DNA of 20,000 nt from an uncultured virus (IMG/VR IMGVR_UViG_3300002307_000047). Lineage: Duplodnaviria > Heunggongvirae > Uroviricota > Caudoviricetes. Made by a program: the position numbers and the translations under genes. Position 1 is the stretch's first letter. The number at the start of each line of letters is the position of its first letter. A model generated the notes under the pieces. That model saw only the letters and a list, made by a program, of their open reading frames with translations, did not search any database and had not been told where the DNA came from. Where the stretch lies: positions 51,707 to 71,706 of the IMG/VR virus record IMGVR_UViG_3300002307_000047, one strand, 5' to 3'. Shown one piece after another: positions 16,160-20,000 of the stretch.

Positions 16160-16228
16160 TAATTCTTAGCTAGTTTACAGCCTCACGGCTGCTATCACTA
16201 TTGGAGGGCTTTAGACCTGTCTGAATTA
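16160..16228 (-). ncRNA. Twister self-cleaving ribozyme, type-P3 permutation
   Basis: UAAUUC-AGAC-AGG-UCUAAAGC-CCU-CCAA-UAGU-GA-UAG-CAGCC-GUGA-GGCUG-UAA-ACUA-GC-UAA-GAAUUA. P3 UAAUUC/GAAUUA, P4 AGG/CCU, P2 ACUA/UAGU, P1 CAGCC/GGCUG, T1 CUA/UAG, T2 GC/GC, with conserved UAA and GA. Confidence 0.85.
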
Positions 16229-16672
16229 CCATGAAGAAGTATAGTAGTAGTCGCCGTCCTCAGATAGGCACGTTTCAACTATTTTTATTGTTTCCTCAAT
16301 ATTCTTAAAATAATACTCGTCATAGTCTGTGCCACCAAAGAAGAACCCCTCCTTTGTGGGTAGTACGGTTGCAGCCTCTGCTTTGTTTTTTAGTGCTTGC
16401 TTGCAGTCCTCAAGGAGCTTTTTAAGGGCAGAATCAGATACGTAGTAATCTTTGCAATCATCCTCTCCATCCTGTACGTTTTCTACAAACCAATTATGAA
16501 TGTGGTTTGCCTTGCGCCAGTACCCAATACTTTCTATTATCTCACTAACGCGCTTTAGGTTGATCTTAATTTCTTCGCCGTTTTTAGTCAGGGCAATTGT
16601 GCCCTCTATTTTCCTATGCTCATAGTTTGCTCCTATGTAGGTTTTCTTGCTTAAATACATGTCTAGTCCCAT
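16226..16672 (-). CDS. Conserved phage protein (MGLDMY...YWRKAN family)
   Basis: MGLDMYL, IGYWRKANHIHNWFV, LPTKEGFFFGGTDYDEYY and YYTSSW match a widespread phage family of unknown function. Confidence 0.8.
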   Translation of the reverse strand: MGLDMYLSKKTYIGANYEHRKIEGTIALTKNGEEIKINLKRVSEIIESIGYWRKANHIHNWFVENVQDGEDDCKDYYVSDSALKKLLEDCKQALKNKAEAATVLPTKEGFFFGGTDYDEYYFKNIEETIKIVETCLSEDGDYYYTSSW

Positions 16673-16698
16673 TTTTGTTTTGTTTATGTGGTTAAAAA

Positions 16699-17022
16699 TT
16701 AGTTTTTGTTATGTTCGTCCTCATGGGCTTGTATCATTTCGTATGGATCACTATAGCATAAATCAAATGACGGTTCAAATCCTTCGGGCGTTTCTTCGCC
16801 GTCCTGCGCCCTTAGCGTTAGGAATCCAGCGCACTCTTTTGTCGTTTCGTGCATAACCGCTTCGCCTTCATCATCGTGGGAGTAGGTGTTATGGCAAGAG
16901 AAGGAACTATATGGATTAGCTGCCATGTATGCGATTCTTTCAGCTACTTCGGGATGTAAAAAAGGCGTAACATCGGTTCTGAAAGGGCAAGTTTTGCAAG
17001 GCTTTTTCATGTAATCTGCCAT
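16699..17022 (-). CDS. Cys/His metal-binding protein (DUF6283-like)
   Basis: PCKTCPFR...FSCH...CAGF. Confidence 0.65.
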   Translation of the reverse strand: MADYMKKPCKTCPFRTDVTPFLHPEVAERIAYMAANPYSSFSCHNTYSHDDEGEAVMHETTKECAGFLTLRAQDGEETPEGFEPSFDLCYSDPYEMIQAHEDEHNKN

Positions 17023-17025
17023 GAC

Positions 17026-17340
17026 TTAGTTTTTGATCTGATTAATTAAATATCCTAAGTTCGTCCCGCTGTGCTTCATTATCTCCTCAGTACCGCCAAA
17101 GACTACAATCAAGGATTTTAACGTGTGGCCTAGTCCATCAAAAGATAGATCAGTTAGCCAGTCGGCGTTTATTTCTTGATCGGGTGAATCTTCTGCGTAT
17201 TGCCTCAGATAGTTTAAAGCCTTTTCTCTTTTGCTTGGTTGCTTCCTTTCTATGTATAATGGATCACCCTCATGAACTGGGTAGCCTAGTTCGCCCCCTT
17301 CGCTGTTCATTTTGTGTATCTCTCGTGGTGTAAATTTCAT
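17026..17340 (-). CDS. Hypothetical protein
   Basis: 104 aa ORF within the operon. Confidence 0.65.
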   Translation of the reverse strand: MKFTPREIHKMNSEGGELGYPVHEGDPLYIERKQPSKREKALNYLRQYAEDSPDQEINADWLTDLSFDGLGHTLKSLIVVFGGTEEIMKHSGTNLGYLINQIKN

Positions 17341-17345
17341 ATTAG

Positions 17346-17966
17346 TTACTTATTTTCGGGTGAAAAAATATTAAACCAAGCCTTAGCAGTTTCAAAAGCC
17401 ATTACACGCATTTGGCTCTTTTCTGATCCGTCATTCGGAAACTCATTATTGTTGTTCCAGAAATTAGTTTCCCATTCTGCTAGTGATCTGTTATGGCATC
17501 CCATTTTTACGCGCTTTTCTCCCTCCTCTGTTATGTATGGTATAACTGCATAAGTGTATAGCCCCGTAAATACTGCCGCCTTTTGTATTTTCTCGTTTCC
17601 TGTGAGGTCTGCGCCTCTGAGGTCTGCGCCTCTGAGGTATGCGCCTGTGAGGTATGCGCCTGTGAGGTATGCGCCTCTGAGGTCTGCGCCTCTGAGGTAT
17701 GCGCCTGTGAGGTATGCGCCTCTGAGGTCTGCGCCTCTGAGGTATGCGCCTCTGAGGTCTGCGCCTCTGAGGTATGCGCCTGTGAGGTATGCGCCTCTGA
17801 GGTCTGCGCCTATGAGGTCTGCGCCTCTGAGGTCTGCGCCTGTGAGGTCTGTTTTAAGTCTTACCGCCTCTTTAACGGTCTGCAAAACCGTATTGTTTTC
17901 TGATTCATATTCAAAAAGGATTGAGCCAGTTAGGAAATGTTTGATTGCAATTTTGATCTTTGTCAT
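17346..17966 (-). CDS. Pentapeptide repeat protein
   Basis: 17 consecutive pentapeptides, mostly A(D/Y)L(R/T)G, between unique N- and C-terminal caps (VKMGCH...W). Confidence 0.93.
   Translation of the reverse strand: MTKIKIAIKHFLTGSILFEYESENNTVLQTVKEAVRLKTDLTGADLRGADLIGADLRGAYLTGAYLRGADLRGAYLRGADLRGAYLTGAYLRGADLRGAYLTGAYLTGAYLRGADLRGADLTGNEKIQKAAVFTGLYTYAVIPYITEEGEKRVKMGCHNRSLAEWETNFWNNNNEFPNDGSEKSQMRVMAFETAKAWFNIFSPENK
17598..17852. repeat. 15-bp tandem repeat, 17 copies, coding for the pentapeptides
   Basis: Unit TGAGGT(C/A)TGCGCC(T)(C/G) with essentially two variable positions. Confidence 0.95.
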
Positions 17967-18033
17967 ATTTGTTTGTTTTAGTATGGTTTTGAATGTTCAA
18001 ATATTCGGTGTAGTTCTGCGTAAAACCCGTATC

Positions 18034-18279
18034 TTAATTATTTTGGGCAAGATGAAGCGCAATTGATTGACCTGCTTGATAAGCTCTTTCATGTAAATTT
18101 TCAAGTAGTGCCATAGCAGATCCCAAAAGTCTTTGCTCATCAGAGGTCATCAGTGCTATGCTATCATTTAACTCATATAGCCCCTCTCTGAGTATTTCGG
18201 TTTGCTCATAAAATACCTGAGTATCCTTTAGCCCCTTTAGCGTAAATATCTTGTCTCTCTCTGTTTGCTTCTTATCCAT
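18034..18279 (-). CDS. Hypothetical protein
   Basis: 81 aa ORF. Confidence 0.65.
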   Translation of the reverse strand: MDKKQTERDKIFTLKGLKDTQVFYEQTEILREGLYELNDSIALMTSDEQRLLGSAMALLENLHERAYQAGQSIALHLAQNN

Positions 18280-18301
18280 TTTGCGCGGGTTTAGTCGGTG
18301 A

Positions 18302-18544
18302 TTAGCAAATTACAGTTTTTGTTTCTCCACGGACAATGCGTTCCAATAACGCCCAAGATATTTCATACATTATTAAACCGCTCATGGCTGTAATGATAGG
18401 CATATGGAGTTTTGCGCCTGCTATACGCGCGGGGTACTTTTGCCCGTCTGCCTCAATTTGGATATTTAAAGCATTAGCGGTTTCTATCATATTCCTGCGT
18501 TTATCTATTAGATTGGACTCTATTTGTTTTGAAATTTCGCTCAT
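18302..18544 (-). CDS. Hypothetical protein
   Basis: 80 aa ORF. Confidence 0.7.
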   Translation of the reverse strand: MSEISKQIESNLIDKRRNMIETANALNIQIEADGQKYPARIAGAKLHMPIITAMSGLIMYEISWALLERIVRGETKTVIC

Positions 18545-18569
18545 TTCTTTCAGTTTTAAAGTTTAAAAA

Positions 18570-18612
18570 TCGGCATCATTCACGCAATGCCAAGTGCGGA
18601 GTAATCACACTC
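18570..18612 (-). ncRNA. Putative intercistronic H-type pseudoknot preceded by a small hairpin
   Basis: GAGU-GUGAUU-ACUC, then CGCA-C-UUGGCAU-UGCG-UGAAUG-AUGCCGA (S1 4 bp, S2 7 bp, L1 1 nt). Confidence 0.5.
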
Positions 18613-18623
18613 TAAAACAAAAG

Positions 18624-19556
18624 TTAAGCGGTCATTTTTATTTGCGTCTTGAAAACGAGATTGAAGGCATACAGGGCATTAGCTGTTAACTGTCTTTGCC
18701 AAACTCCCTGCGATGGCGACCATTTAAACGCAATACCTTTTAGATCGGCTATTACTTGCGCGATTGGCTTTTGCTCGTGCCTTACCTGTATTCGGTCTAT
18801 TTCAAAATTCAGTATTACTTCGTATCCTTCGAACTGGTGCGTAATATTGCCGCCTGCCTTCTCTGCTATGGTAGTTTTTTTCTCTGCTGCCTTGAGGTTT
18901 TCTTTTAGCCTCCGGATTGTTGCCCCGTTATTGGTTAATGACCCGTGACAAGTGCAATGAATCAACATCCAAGCGTCAAACCTTTTGGCTTGCTCTATGT
19001 CCTCACTCTTTATCCCTAAATCCAAAAGCGGCTGAGGGTTATCCATCAATTCTACAAATGTATGCTTGCGCTGTAATTTGGCAACTGCTTTAATGAGTTC
19101 TTGCTTTGCCTCCGCTTCTGCTATCTTAGCTTTCAGGTCTTGGATAGGGTCTATTTGTGCTTTAGCTGCCTTTCTAGCCCCCCTCTCAATGGCTGCTATT
19201 ATGCGTGTTCTCCATTCTACAAACTCAGTGTATTTGTTATCTGCCCATCTGTGGCGTTTTCCCTGCTGCCTAACAGGGAAATTAGATCCGCCCGTTATCA
19301 TAGTGCTGGCACATCCGCTTTGTGACGATAACCAAGAAGACAATTTTTGTATGTACTTGGATTTATAGCGGTTTGCCGTGTCGGTATCGCTGATAGATTG
19401 GATGTGCTGAATATCGGCGGTTAACTGGCCTTCATAATCTCTTAGGACTTGTTCAGCGCGTCTCTCAGGGCTGAAAGATGTATTTCTATGGGCGTTATAT
19501 GCTTGGCTGTGCAAATGGCCTAAAACTGGAAATTGATCTTGTAGTGTGGTATTCAT
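18624..19556 (-). CDS. Conserved phage/mobile-element protein (DUF3560-like or polyvalent-protein-associated)
   Basis: TSFSPERR, STMITGGSNFP, LTNNGATIRRLK, N.EIDRIQV and FKWSPSQGVWQRQLTANA are motifs seen in early or leading-region proteins of mobile elements. Confidence 0.65.
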   Translation of the reverse strand: MNTTLQDQFPVLGHLHSQAYNAHRNTSFSPERRAEQVLRDYEGQLTADIQHIQSISDTDTANRYKSKYIQKLSSWLSSQSGCASTMITGGSNFPVRQQGKRHRWADNKYTEFVEWRTRIIAAIERGARKAAKAQIDPIQDLKAKIAEAEAKQELIKAVAKLQRKHTFVELMDNPQPLLDLGIKSEDIEQAKRFDAWMLIHCTCHGSLTNNGATIRRLKENLKAAEKKTTIAEKAGGNITHQFEGYEVILNFEIDRIQVRHEQKPIAQVIADLKGIAFKWSPSQGVWQRQLTANALYAFNLVFKTQIKMTA

Positions 19557-19894
19557 ATAGATTCTGTTTTATGAGTTTCTGCAAATTCTTTCAGTCCAGC
19601 CATATCATAAAATTCATCACCATTGATATAGATATGGCTGTCTATTGAATTGGTAAATATTACTACCTCGTTAGCCTCTTCGTCTATCTCGGCGGCTGTG
19701 ATCGCCATTTGATATAACTCACCAATGAGAGAATTAAATGGGATTGATTGACCCTGAAATAGTTCTTTGCATTGATCCCACAGATCAGAAAATTCAATAT
19801 TGAAATTGTCCAATTCCTTTACAAGAAATTCAACATCTCCAAATCCACAATCTAAGATTGCTGCGATAATGTCATTGTTATTTTGATTATTCAT
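19553..19894 (-). CDS. Hypothetical acidic protein
   Basis: 113 aa, D/E-rich, ATGA overlap with the downstream gene. Confidence 0.7.
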   Translation of the reverse strand: MNNQNNNDIIAAILDCGFGDVEFLVKELDNFNIEFSDLWDQCKELFQGQSIPFNSLIGELYQMAITAAEIDEEANEVVIFTNSIDSHIYINGDEFYDMAGLKEFAETHKTESI

Positions 19895-20000
19895 TTTTTT
19901 TTGCGTACCGCGCCCGGTTGTTTGTATTGTGTGATTAAAAAATATTAGTTGTTAGTAGCTGTTTTTTCGTCTCTCCAATTTGCATAGTGAGTAAATGTAA

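Noticed and set aside
17598..17852. CRISPR-like array
   Set aside because: Contiguous 15 bp units with no spacers, in frame with a pentapeptide protein, and no cas genes.
17554..18066. Plus-strand ORFs with RSAPL and CASEV repeats
   Set aside because: Antisense shadows of the coding tandem repeat.
1..20000. Stop-codon reassignment, as in some Bacteroidota phages
   Set aside because: Long genes such as the primase-helicase and exonuclease are intact under the standard code, coding density is high, and no suppressor tRNA is present.

Overview
A 20 kb segment of a tailed dsDNA phage (or prophage) genome that probably infects Bacteroidota. Several TTTG-N19-TAnnTTTG promoters and A-rich, Shine-Dalgarno-less leaders support that host. 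Left to right: the 5' part of a C5 DNA methyltransferase (minus); a lysis module (holin-like gene, GH19 endolysin, small membrane and helical proteins); a long leftward accessory operon (Acb2/Tad1-like hairpin protein, C39-like peptidase, ASCH, lipoprotein, DUF551-like, HAD hydrolase); a replication block (HNH, DUF4373-like initiator with iteron-like repeats, T7 gp4-like primase-helicase); a divergent recombination block (Rad52/Sak-like annealase, coiled-coil protein, YqaJ-like exonuclease, SSB-like); and a convergent leftward operon of small early-type genes including a pentapeptide-repeat protein. The most striking signals are non-coding: (1) a circularly permuted (type-P3) twister ribozyme between two genes at 16160-16228 (minus); (2) a tRNA-like RNA with a doubled anticodon arm at 14425-14512; (3) several kissing-loop or pseudoknot leaders. 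Together these suggest RNA-structure-based processing of phage transcripts. All family and RNA calls are by-eye pattern recognition; no database searches were run.
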